64,000 bases of DNA from Massalongia carnosa (lineage: Eukaryota): contig OZ287069.1 of the NCBI GenBank assembly GCA_965645245.1, positions 496,001-560,000 of the forward strand. Reading direction: 5' to 3'. Numbering within the stretch: the stretch's first letter is position 1; the number at the start of each line of letters is the position of its first letter. This document shows positions 52,793-64,000 of the stretch, piece by piece. Made by a program: the position numbers and the translations under genes. Below the pieces are notes generated by a model that worked only from the letters and a program-made list of their open reading frames with translations, searched no databases and was not told the origin of the DNA.

Positions 52793-53520
52793 CTGACTCC
52801 AACCTAGAGGTCCAAGTTTTGATTTCACAGATTTACCAAACGGCCAACCCACAGGATGTGAGAGTATTATAATGTTTTGACAGATTTACCATGGTACGAG
52901 TACCATTGTCACCACCTCATATCCTGGGCATATCGTTCGGGAAAACTCAGCTGACTCATCCTGATGTTCATGGGGGTAATGAAATTGGGACCAAGTTTGG
53001 TGGTAAATGAAGTAGTACTCTGTGGTTTATAGCTACTTGGAGATTGTATGTTGAACTTCACACATCAATACCTCGGGCGGGGCAAATCACTTCGGCGTCG
53101 GTTCCCGACCGAAATAACGCCTGGGAATTCAGAACTATTACTAATGGGTCGGGCTCGTGCACTATTACTGGATTAGGGCAACCAATAATACTTATACTTA
53201 ACTTCCTTGGCATAACGCATTTAAGATTGATAAGGAAATGACTAGTTGCTACGAACGAATGTGCATAGGCTTAAGAATGCTTGAAGACGATGAAAACAGA
53301 TTGCGTAAGGAGTCCAAGAATAATGAAACGAGACTTTCATGGCATCTGGCAATCTTAAGTTTATTCGACGTACGATGGTGGGAATGGAGTGCTTTCGAGC
53401 GCCAAACTCAAAGCCTTTCTGTTTGGTCAAAAAAGACTTGTCATTTCATGAGTTTGGTTGTGTTGTGCAAATAGCGCTTACGGATGCCCCTTCTTTCCAC
53501 TGATCCGTACCTGACTTACC

Positions 53521-54640
53521 TTATCCAACCACTTTAGCCGAATACTTGGTTGCCGCCTGATCAAAAAGCGTGCTCTTTTCCTCAAGATCAGATAAAAACG
53601 GATGCTCTGAAGCAAGGTTGCTGAGGGAACTAGAATGAATTCAGTCGCCGCGGGGTGGAACACGAGTATTAGGGAAATACCGACGATTTGAGTTCTCCGG
53701 TATCTTTTCCTAACAAGGCGTTCAAAACAACCAAGTTAGTAACAGCCTCCACATAACGTGGATCTTTTTGGATGGCTTGTTGCAATGCCGCTTCTGCTTC
53801 CGGTAACCGTCCCAAATGTAGCTCTGCGACCGCTTGGCCGACAAGAGATTTAGGAGCAGAGGTAGAGGGAGCTTGGGCAAGTTCTTCGTAGACGTAGAAA
53901 GCTTGCTGATATTTTTCTCCACCCTGTACAGAGTGAGCTTTGACCATAAATGGCCATTGTGGCATAATGTTTACATACAATTCGCAAGCCCACCCAAGAT
54001 TCGGCGATATTGACAAGGAGGCTGTCTTGAGCCCATTTTCGCGCCGCTTGAACCTCTTTCAAAGCCAAGTCAGTCCGGTTCTGCTGCAGATGTATCTGAA
54101 CAATTAGAGCTATCCTGTAGTCGGGGGTTAGCTAAGTGCTAGTCAGAGTCATCGAGTCCAATGCCATGGCATTGCCCTTACGCTTCAAGACTTCCTTGAT
54201 GCTTGCTGAGAAGCGCAAGAGCCTCATCGGTCCTCCCCACAGCCTGTAACACCGTTCCCCCAAGAACCTGTACTGTAGCATTTTCTGAGGCCGATTCAAG
54301 TAATCTTTCTATCGTGGGAACTGCAGCATTGCTATTCCCTATGACATATTGTGCGAAGGCCTTCACAGCTTTGAAATCTGGAACACTGGCCTCCTTTTCA
54401 ACGCTCGCAAGTACCTGCCTAGCTTGGCCGACGGCGATCTGTGCGCGGAGCTGAAGAACTCGAGCAGGAATACTATTTTCGGCCGAAAGCGAGGACTTAT
54501 CAAAATCGATCACGGTTTGAAATTGGCCTTGGTGGAAAGCGTTGTAGATATTTAATAATTCTAGCAAGTTGGTTAGAACAGACCAGTCCAGAACAAGCAA
54601 TTCAGGAGGGCCGACCTCCTTCTGCGGAGAAAGGATCCAT
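53521..54640 (-). CDS. SEC28: Coatomer (COPI) epsilon subunit; 5 exons
   Basis: Spliced MDPFSAEG|ELLNIYNAFHQGQF, HQGSLEA|IALIVQIHL, WAQDSLLVNIAESWVGLR, GGEKYQQAFYVYEELA, HLGRLPEAEAAL and HPFLSDLEEKSTLFDQAATKYSAKVVG*. Confidence 0.92.
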
Positions 54641-55156
54641 GTTATTATTAATTTCAATTGATGGACCGAAGAAAAAGTGGTGACTTAATATTTACAGGTA
54701 AATTTCTTAGCCCTGTCACTCTTGCGAGAAACGCTTTCCAAAGCTTGTTTGGCAGGGCTGAAGGATACGCCCCGGATACCCATAGATTCAAAAATTACCG
54801 TCTTGACATCGTCGGGACGGACACTTCATTCACACTATTGGAGAAGTATATGATAAAGGGGATAAGAGGTCGAAGTCAATCGACCTAGCTTACAGATCCA
54901 CACACCATTGCTGTGCGAGGATAATCACGCATCTTTACACAGCCTAGAAGTGGGGGCTTCAGCTCCGTGGCTTTCAGACGGATATCTATCCCCTACCAAA
55001 CGCTATCTTCCGAAGCTGTTCCCATTCTGCACATACTATAATCAACGAACTGGAGGTATTCTTAATAATCGTTTTCCAATTACTTAGTTCTATCTTCAAC
55101 CCTTCCATTGCAGGAAAAGGTCCAATATTTTGCTCGTATTTCCAATTACCTTCGCC

Positions 55157-58100
55157 ATGGTCCGCATCTCTTTGCCAAGTCGCCTTAAGAGCTACGGCGG
55201 CAAGAATGGATCAAGCGGAGGTAGCCAAAACGAAAGCAGAAACTCCAGTCCGATGCGCGGTGTCAACGATGCGAAATACTTGGTTCTCAAGACGATAGTC
55301 ATAAAAGTGAGCAACTTAGCCGGTTTGTCGGCGGAGCCTTACTGTCCTTGGCAATGAACTCTAACTGAATGAATAGGCAAGAAACTTGGCAGCAAAAGAT
55401 AAGAATGGCTTCAGTGATCCGGTACATTACCTTTATAAATATGGCTCTATCTACTAAGCTCTTGCTGAATTTGCGGTAGTTCCTTGTTATCACACTTGGC
55501 GATGCTTCCCAATCGACTCCTACAATCAACAAGACCCTAAATCCAGAATGGAATGTTTCATTCGACTTGCCAATTGTCGGGGCTCAGAGTTTACTGCTTG
55601 AAGCAGTGTGTTGGGATAGAGACCGCATTGGAAAGGACTATCTTGGAGAGTTTGACGTTGCTCTGGAGGATATCTTCAATAATGGAGAAATAGCACAAGA
55701 GGTAAAATTTGACGGATCAAACACTTACCAATTTGCTAATTTTAGGCAGCCACAATGGTATACACTGAAGTCGAGACAAAAGAGCGCAAAATCTAAAGGA
55801 TCCGCAATATCTGGCGAGGTACAACTGCAGTTTGCAATTGCGGATCCGGCAAACCCCTCTGCAGCACCTCAAGATATTCTTGATAGATTCATGGCCTTCA
55901 TCAACGCGTCCAGCGTAGCCTCTGCGGCAGATGATGATGAAGATACGAAAGGGCTCAGAAGTGGCTCTGGGGGAGGCGATGGGTATAATGATGATGACGA
56001 TGATGACGACGAAGAGAAAGACTTGGAGACAGATGATGAGACAGATGACCCAGTAAAATCAGGTGGGACAGAAAAACGGAAGAAAAAATTACGGCTGGCT
56101 AGAATGAAGAAGAAGACAAAGGCAAGAACGTATGAATTCAGTGGCGGAACCGACGTCGTCGGAATTGTCTTTCTAGATATTGTGAAAATCACCGATCTTC
56201 CGCCGGAGCGCAACAGTAGGTTCTTTACCATGTCAACCTCAAGCCTTGCCCATTCCTAACCTTGGTCAGTTACAAGAACATCGTTCGATATGGATCCGTT
56301 TGTAGTAGCTTCTCTTGGCCGGAAGACGTATCGCACCCGAGTCATTCGTCACAATCTGAACCCCGTATTTGATGAAAAGATGGTCTTTCAGGTAATGCGG
56401 CATGAGCAAAATTATTCGCTCAGCTTCTCTGTTGTTGATAGGGACAAGCTTTCTGGCAACGATTTTGTTGGAACAGCAAATCTTGCCCTATCTACAGTGA
56501 CCACCACTGCTCCTGAGGCAGATCCAGAGACAGGGCTTTATCGCCTTCCAGAACCGCCTGATGCCTTATCGTTACCAACTCCAAGTCGTTCTCGCTTCAG
56601 GCTTCCTTTGTCTCGGTCGGCGTCGTCCAATAGCCTCAATAAACTTACTAAGCCTAGTCTTGTTTCTAGATCCTCTCAAAACTCGATGGCCGGTAGCTCG
56701 CAGGCAGACCTATCTACCCTTCCAACGAGCGAGCCTGTGGATCCTAATCGTCTTACCCCTGTCTCATCCTACTTGGCTCACTCACCAACTGATGAAAATC
56801 CTTCCAATCCTGAAGACCCTAATCTTAAAACGTATAATCTACCCTTGGTATTGAAAAACAAGGAGCGCTGGGAAGCCAAGCACAATCCCCAATTGATAAT
56901 CAATGCAAAATATCTTCCGTATTCTGCCCTGCGGCAGCAGTTTTGGCGTGCGATGCTCAGGCAATACGACTCGGATGAGAACGCTCGTATCAGCAAGCTG
57001 GAACTTACAACCATGTTGGACACTTTAGGGTCCACATTGAAAGAGTCAACCATTGATGGATACTTTCTTAGGTTTGCTAACGACGGTAAGTCACAGGATA
57101 CTAGTAGTATGCACTTAAACTTTGACCAGGCTGTAATCTGTTTGGAGGAGCAACTTCAGAAACCGCCTCAAAAAAAGTCATGGGGTAAGACCATGAAAGG
57201 CTTAATGGATCATGGCCATACTCCCATGGTGAATAAAGAAGAGAAGCCAGATGAAAGCCAGGAGCCTGTTGCGGTGGACAATTTGCCAAGCACGCCGCTT
57301 AAATTTGAGCAAGATTCAATCCCTACGATTTCACAGGAGACCCTAGGAGTACGAGGAGAAACCGGTGATGTTATGGAACGGGATGATCTCACCGATGACC
57401 GAGGTGAAGAACACGTAGTTGAAATTCGAGAATGTCCAATTTGCCATCAGCCACGTCTGAACAAAAAATCAGATGCAGATATTATTACCCATATCGCCAC
57501 CTGTGCAAGTCAGGACTGGAGACAAGTCAATACACTTGTTATGGCAGGCTTTGTTACATCTAGCCAGGCACAACGAAAATGGTACTCGAAGGTCATTACC
57601 AAGATCTCATATGGAGGCTACAAACTCGGTGCCAACTCTGCAAATATCCTGGTCCAGGATCGCATTACTGGACAGATCAATGAAGAGAGAATGAGTGTTT
57701 ACGTGAGACTTGGAATTCGTTTACTTTATAAAGGATTGAAAAGTCGAGATATGGAGAAGAAGCGAAGTAAGTGTATAGCGGGGGGCCCTGCACTTTTTTG
57801 GCTGACGGGAATCAGTTCGAAAACTCCTAAGATCGCTCACCTTTAAGCAAGGTAAGAAGTACGATGATCCTGCTTCAGCCCGCGAAATCCAAGGCTTCAT
57901 CAATTTTCACCATTTGGATATGTCCGAGGTTTTGTATCCAGTGGACCAATTCAAGAGCTTCAACGAGTTCTTTTATAGGGAGTTGAAGCCCAACGCACGG
58001 CCTTGCTCCGCGCCGCAAAATCCTAGAATCATTGTATCCCCGGCAGATTCACGATCAGTCGTTTTCAATACATTGGACGAGGCCACCAAAATCTGGGTCA

Positions 58101-58789
58101 AAGGTCGAGAATTCTCTGTTACAAGATTACTAGGAAATGGCTATCCTCAAGATGCGAAAAGATATGTTAATGGCGCTCTGGGCATCTTTCGACTAGCTCC
58201 TCAGGATTATCACCGCTTTCACATACCTGTTGATGGGATCATGGGCAAGCCCAAGCTTATTGACGGGGAGTATTACACTGTCAATCCAATGGCCATTCGG
58301 TCGGCCCTGGATGTCTATAGCGAAAACGTTAGAGTTGTTGTCCCCATTGACTCTGAGGCTCACGGGCGAGTCATGGTCATTTGTGTTGGAGCCATGATGG
58401 TCGGAAGTACTATGATCACGCGCAAAGAGGGCGACAAGGTCGCAAGGGCAGAAGAGCTTGGGTACTTCAAGTTTGGAGGAAGCACTATTTTACTCCTTTT
58501 TGAACCTGGAGCCATGAAATTCGACGATGACTTGATTGATAACTCGAACGGGGCTTTGGAAACGCTGGTATTGTCACCTTTTGCAAGTAATTGTCAAAGC
58601 TTTTCGCTTACATTAAGATAGCTCCGAGTCGGTATGTCAATCGGACATCATCCAGACCAACCTCAACATACACCCGACATGCGTAAAAAGGACGAGAACG
58701 TCACGAATGAAGAGCGGCAGGAGGCAAAGCGAAGGATTGAGGGTAGCATTACACCTGCTTCTATTCCAGGGCCGGCGGCAGTACAATGA
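55157..58789 (+). CDS. PSD2: Phosphatidylserine decarboxylase 2 (two C2 domains, EF-hand, PSD domain); multi-exon
   Basis: C2 motifs (WDRDRIGKDYLGEF, MDPFVVASLG..YRT); SPAD; FRLAPQDYHRFH; VGAMMVGS; self-cleavage motif FKFGGSTI; last exon LRVGMSIGH...; stop ends at 58789. Confidence 0.95.
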
Positions 58790-59278
58790 TTGGAGTAGCA
58801 AACCCTTCATTTGCACTGCGGGGGCGGGCCTTGTGGTTATTGCTTGCTCGAGACTATAGCTTTTACTTGTTTCTCTTTCTTACTACAGCAAGTGCTCTGT
58901 ACCTCTCGACCATATGACATAGGGTTTTAAAGCTGCACCTTTTCTGAAGTGAAATATGATGAGCCCGAAACAACAATGAACGTTACCTAACCTGTTCCCT
59001 GCTTAGTCATTTATACATGGCGCTATTCCAGATTTGGGTCTCCACGCGCCAAGATCAAAACACGGGGATTTGAACCTCGCAACCCCCTCGCACACAATTA
59101 TCGATATTAAAACCCGAATTGCGACCAGACGAGTCAGGATCGCCTCCTTCATTTACCCGAATGCTACATAGTAACCTACAGCTCAGCTCTTGAAGTGTGA
59201 GAAGGTAGTCTCCAAGGCCTTCTGAGCTAACAATACGTGCGGTCTCTTCGTCGATATATATCATCAATACAAGCATCA

Positions 59279-61274
59279 ATGACAACCTACGCGACGCGAT
59301 CTCCGCTACAGCCTCTTCATAATCCACATATGATGAGTGAGTTGCGAAGATCCTCACGAAGAACCAGCGCAAATGTTGCGCAGAAGGATGATGTACTAGT
59401 CGCAAATGGAGGTGGGCATGATGCTGAGAAAGGAAGAGATGACCAGAAGAATGGATCGGGAGGGAAATCAGTTAAGGCGAGTAGCCAAGTTGGCAGTTCG
59501 AAAACAGCGGGCGGGAGAGGGAAACGAAAATTTGGTGAGTGGAATGCTGGGCACTGGGACGATTGCTGCTCAGACCAACACCGCTGTTGCATTGCGATTC
59601 CCGATTGGGTAAAGCTGAATATTTTACGCTGACATTACAAGCAGAGTATGACGAAGAGGACGATGGGTTTACGTTCTCACGAACACGCACTAAAAAGGCG
59701 AAACCTGAACAGGTGAAACAAACTGAAGCAACCGAGGAGGAACAGGGAGAGAGACACAAACCTACGACTACGAAGAGATCGAGGAACAAGTCCGTTGACC
59801 CACCAATCGCAGCTTCAACAGAGAACGCGCCCAAGGACAACAGGCGAAGAAGTGCAAGGAACAGCGGGGATCAACATACTATAGATCGAAACAATACAGA
59901 AACACCAGCAATAAAAGTCAGAAAAAGGAGTGCAAGGAACAGCGGGAATCATAGTAATGCAGATGCGCCGGCGATAGAGGTCAAGAAAAAAAGAGCCAAA
60001 GAGCCTAAACCCGCAGAGCAGAAAGCAACCGATGATGGGCAGCGCACCAATTTCTCCACACGGCGAGACCCCAAATCACCCAAACCTACCGAACATCACG
60101 AGATATCCTGGGATGCTACAAAGATCTCCTTGCCCTTTGCAGATACGCCAATTATACGTCGGAACAAAGAAATGAGAAAAGGGGCGGATAATAGACGGAG
60201 TAGTCTAGGTATGAGAGGGCGGAGAGCCAGTTCATTGATTGATAGCGGTAAATCAAACGGTGATTGGTTCTCAGAGTACAAGTTAAAACCACTACTGATT
60301 TGATGTAGCACTACCGCATGAAGAAGTTGACAGCTCAGAGTTCTACAAGCATATTGAAGGCGGACTTCCGGAGCCACGGCGAATGAGGCAGCTGTTAGTT
60401 TGGTGCGGAACCAGGGCTTTGGGAGAAAAACCATCGTCCACCTCCGAGGACTATCACGCCAGCTTTTCAGGTCTGTCTAAGGTCCAACTGAAATGGTGGA
60501 TTATTTGAATTAACGGTATCATCAGCGAGGGAGATACAGCAAGAATTGCTCAAGGATTTCTCCAATAAATCCGAAATGTCAGACTGGTTCAGCAGAGTAT
60601 GTTCCTTGAAGTTCTCCAAGCCAACGCTGCTAATTCATCAGCAGAGAGAATCCACTCCGCCTCCCCGAACACCCCGGCCGAACCCGAAGAATGTTTCTAA
60701 TCTGGCTAAAATCGAAGAGCTCGAGCAACAAATCGCCCGGTAACTTTCCCCGCAACCACTGCGCTTTTTCTCTGTGGCTGACAGTCCCTATTCCAGACTC
60801 CTCACCGAGCGCCAAACCTGGGAATCCCTACTCCGCCCACCTCCAGGCCCTCTCCTCCCTCCGCAACCGCTGACTTCAGACCCGGCCTCCATCACCGCAA
60901 CCTTAATCTCCTCCCCAAGTCAAACTGCCCTCCTCGCTACTCTTCTTCCAACCTCAATTGATCACCCCTCCATCTCAACCAGCCCCGCCGCTGTCACGGA
61001 CCCTTCTACCACCAAGCCACAGTCTTCCCTTACCGCCACGACCGCCACTCGTCTCCGCGTTGCGACCCGAAACCTCGAGTTCGAGATCGACAAGTTCGCC
61101 GATAACGTGCATGTGCTAGATAGTTACATTGACAGCGCTGATGAACTGGCAGACGAGGTGCTTGCACTTGGCGCTGCCGCACTGGAGGAGCGGGACAGGG
61201 TGGGTAGAGAGAGAGCTGGGGCTGCCAGCGTGGGGGTGAGGGACGTGTTAAAGGGCCTAAGCCGGGTGATTTAA
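59279..61274 (+). CDS. DSN1: Kinetochore MIND/Mis12-complex subunit, Dsn1/Mis13-like; 6 exons
   Basis: MTTYATRSPLQPL; EYDEEDDGFTF; LPFADTPIIRRNKEMRK; RRSSLGMRGRRASSL (Aurora-B-site-like RRSS/RRAS); ALPHEEV..EFYKHI..LPEPRRMRQLLVWCG; SDWFSR; PNPKN. Confidence 0.85.
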
Positions 61275-61299
61275 TGATGATTCAATCGGATTTGATACC

Positions 61300-64000
61300 C
61301 GAAGGAGATGAGTGGTTCCAGTGATGGTTTATGATTTGGGCTCGTTCTCTTTTATGTCTCTACTTCAAGTTAGTGTTCCGGAGCGAGGGGGTTGGTTGGA
61401 CGGGAGAAAGGGTAGGGTGAGGTTTCTTTAAATGGGACAAGCTGTGACACAATCTTGGAAAATTTGAATCATCTTCGCTTTTTCTGTTTCTACCTTTTCG
61501 TATGAGATGGAGAATCATGGAAAGGAAGGATGAGATACCATCAGCAGCACTGGACCTTTGGTTTCAACAAAGTAGGTTTCGGGTGATTGTCTTGCTCGCC
61601 TGCTCATTCTTCTTGCTCTCACGTATCTCCTCCCATCTTGCTTTCTCTTTCTCTCTCCCTGTATATCTTCTCTACTCTTCCCTCCGCACACAAACAGCGC
61701 CGATAGACAATTAGGCACAAGAGAGTTTCACCATCAATTTCAGTCCTGACATCAGCATAAGAAACTCGCCAGTTCCAAAACACCGAGCGTTTATTTTTTT
61801 TCGGTTTTTTCAACCTTCATGTATTGAAAATATGACGAAGGTCCTTTTTGACCCAGCCTCGGAAGGGAGGGATAGGTGGATGGTTTCATTACCTAAATAT
61901 TTAGATACCGTCTAGTTTTTCTTTTCTTTTCTTTTTTTTTTTTTTAAAAAAAAGGGTAGTCGATCGTTCGATTCATTTGTTTCCAGTCTTCAACTATTTC
62001 GTTTATATGTTCGTTCATGCATTCGTTCGTCCAGCTGCGAGATCGTTAAACAGATAAGACGTGTGCGTGCGTGCAAATGTCAATTCATTGAAGCAAGCAA
62101 CTGGAGGAGTTTTTTATATTTAAGATCACGAAGAATTACCGCCCCAAAAAGCTTTTGGATGAGAAATTATTGGATTCTAGATCGTCTTGAACGGGATGAT
62201 GAAAAGAAGGAGAAGCAAGGCAATTTTTTTTCTGACTGATTGTTGGTTGGGGTATTGTATCGCGGATTCCAGCAATTCGTCTTTCGACAGTTGTTCTTTT
62301 TACTCTATATTCTTTGTTCAACCTGAAAGATTTTTTCTACTTATCAATCAAACAGTGCCTTTCTCTTGCTGTATCTTTCCTCTGATAAACATGGATGGAT
62401 AGGTAATTCAGATAACGAACGAGACGATTCGAGATCGAAAAAGAAGAAGAGATGATTGAGAAAAGGTATACGTGTACGTGTACGTGTACGTAAACGCGAA
62501 TAACAGGATTGCGTGCATTAATGAAAGAAGAAGAAGAAAAAGAAATAACCCCGATAAAAGGCCAGACAAGCCTGCCTTGCCCCCCCCCCCTTTCCCGTCC
62601 TCAATCCGGGTTTCTAGAAAGAATAATGCATTGCGCATCAAACAAGCAACTCTGAAAGGAATACTCTACTCTAGATCGAAAGTGTCTATGAATTTTTCAC
62701 GAAATAGGGGAAGAGGAATAAGAAACGTGATTCTAACCCCTTTTCTTCATACTTCCCTAGTCTCCTTCTCAACTCCCCATCCATCCCTAACTTCTCCTCT
62801 TTTTCCACGTCTATACAATACCCGGAGAAAAAACAACCCCCTCCTCTCCTCCCTCCACGTCAAAGAAGGCTGGTTGCTTGGTTTGGTCAGCTGAACATAA
62901 CAAAGAAAAAGAAAAGCAGAAGAAAAAAGAAACAAAAATGACGATACCCAAACCCCTCCCCCATTTTTTCCCCATTCCCTTTCCCAATCCGCTCCTTATC
63001 AATCTACCCATCAATCAACCAACCAATCCACCGAACTGGGCCATCTTCTCCATTGACCTACCTACCTGCCTTTTCCGGTAACCAGTCAATCCGTCAGTCG
63101 ATCAACTAGACTATATAACCGATGATACGAACGATTAACCGACGCGTTGGCGAATAGATGGGTTCGTTGATGCTCCGGTTCGTTCCAGTTCCCAGTGCTA
63201 GTTCTGGTGGGGTAGGGAGGGGCTGGCTGGCTGGCTGGCGGAGGGAGAAGGGGTGGGAAGGAAGGGTGGAAGCAAAGTGGAGGGGAGCGTAGGAGAGGGA
63301 TTCGGGAAAGGGGTCTGGTGTTTGTAGGAAGTTAGAGAGGAAGAGAAAAAGAGAGAGATATATATAAAAGCGATATTCTCGAGAACTCTCAAATCCTGTT
63401 GCTCCTATTATTTTTCTCTTTCCTCCTCTTATCTCCAATCCTGTACCCCCCCTCCACCTCTCGCCTTCTACCTCCTACCCTTTTTCTTGGTTTTTTATCT
63501 ATTCCCCACCCTCCTCTATATCTCTAAATCTCAAGCACCATTATCTCTCCTTCAGGAAACGCAAATGCCTCCCCCAAATCCAAGAATAAATACATAAGAG
63601 TTCATTAAACCCCCCCCCTCCCCTTTTCTCTGTAAAAAAAAAAAAGAAAAAAGAAGATAAGAAAAACAGAACGATAAAAGAGCACAATCGATCAAAGGCC
63701 GTATTTTCAATGCTCAACCGGGTAAGAGAGAAATAACGGAAAGTTGGCAGAATGGGATGGGGAAAAAAAAGGGTTGAGACTGAAGAGCTGGTTGAAGGAC
63801 GATGAATCTGAAGAAGTCTAAGGAATATTATGAGAAAAGAATGAGGAGTGGGAAAATAAGTTTATATCTTTCTCTTTTTCTTCATCTGTCACCAGGTTCT
63901 TCATTTGTTCATCGCGCATCCATCGTTATGCATCCTTCAGCCATCATCTATCTGTACCGTCCTCTCCCCTCCTCTTAAACCAATAACAAAAGCCAAAGCC
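61300..64000. other. Low-complexity intergenic DNA (homopolymer runs, purine/pyrimidine tracts, short microsatellites); no supported gene
   Basis: Only short ORFs with biased composition. (GTGTAC)n near 62472 and poly-T/A/C runs. Confidence 0.6.

Noticed and set aside
59055..59140. tRNA-like sequence on the minus strand with a B-box (GGTTCAAATCC); a similar motif lies near 36483
   Set aside because: No acceptor or anticodon stem pairing, and an internal T-run would terminate Pol III. At most an isolated TFIIIC-type site.

Overview
Eukaryotic genomic DNA from a filamentous ascomycete (Pezizomycotina), judged from short spliceosomal introns with CTAAC/CTAAT branch points and the fungal protein families present. 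I can support 12 intact host genes: an amino-acid (proline-type) permease, a conserved hypothetical protein, a peroxisomal acyl-CoA ligase, PLC1, a membrane protein, an AhpC/TSA-like protein, UPF1, IMP4, an Mhp1/Gip3-like LRR protein, COPI epsilon, PSD2 and a Dsn1/Mis13-like protein. The gene-poor 10-31 kb stretch holds three diverged, 5'-truncated non-LTR (LINE) retrotransposons, each with a perfect target-site duplication. They share a conserved, structured ~130-nt 3' module but end in different microsatellite tails, (ATC)n, (TATC)n and (AATC)n. The same stretch contains eroded gene relics, one probably a NACHT-ankyrin gene. A pogo/Tc2-like DNA transposon at 38.1-39.8 kb has an in-frame deletion of most of its catalytic core. 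The Mhp1-like gene appears to use GC-AG splice sites in both of its introns. All calls come from reading the sequence; no searches were run.
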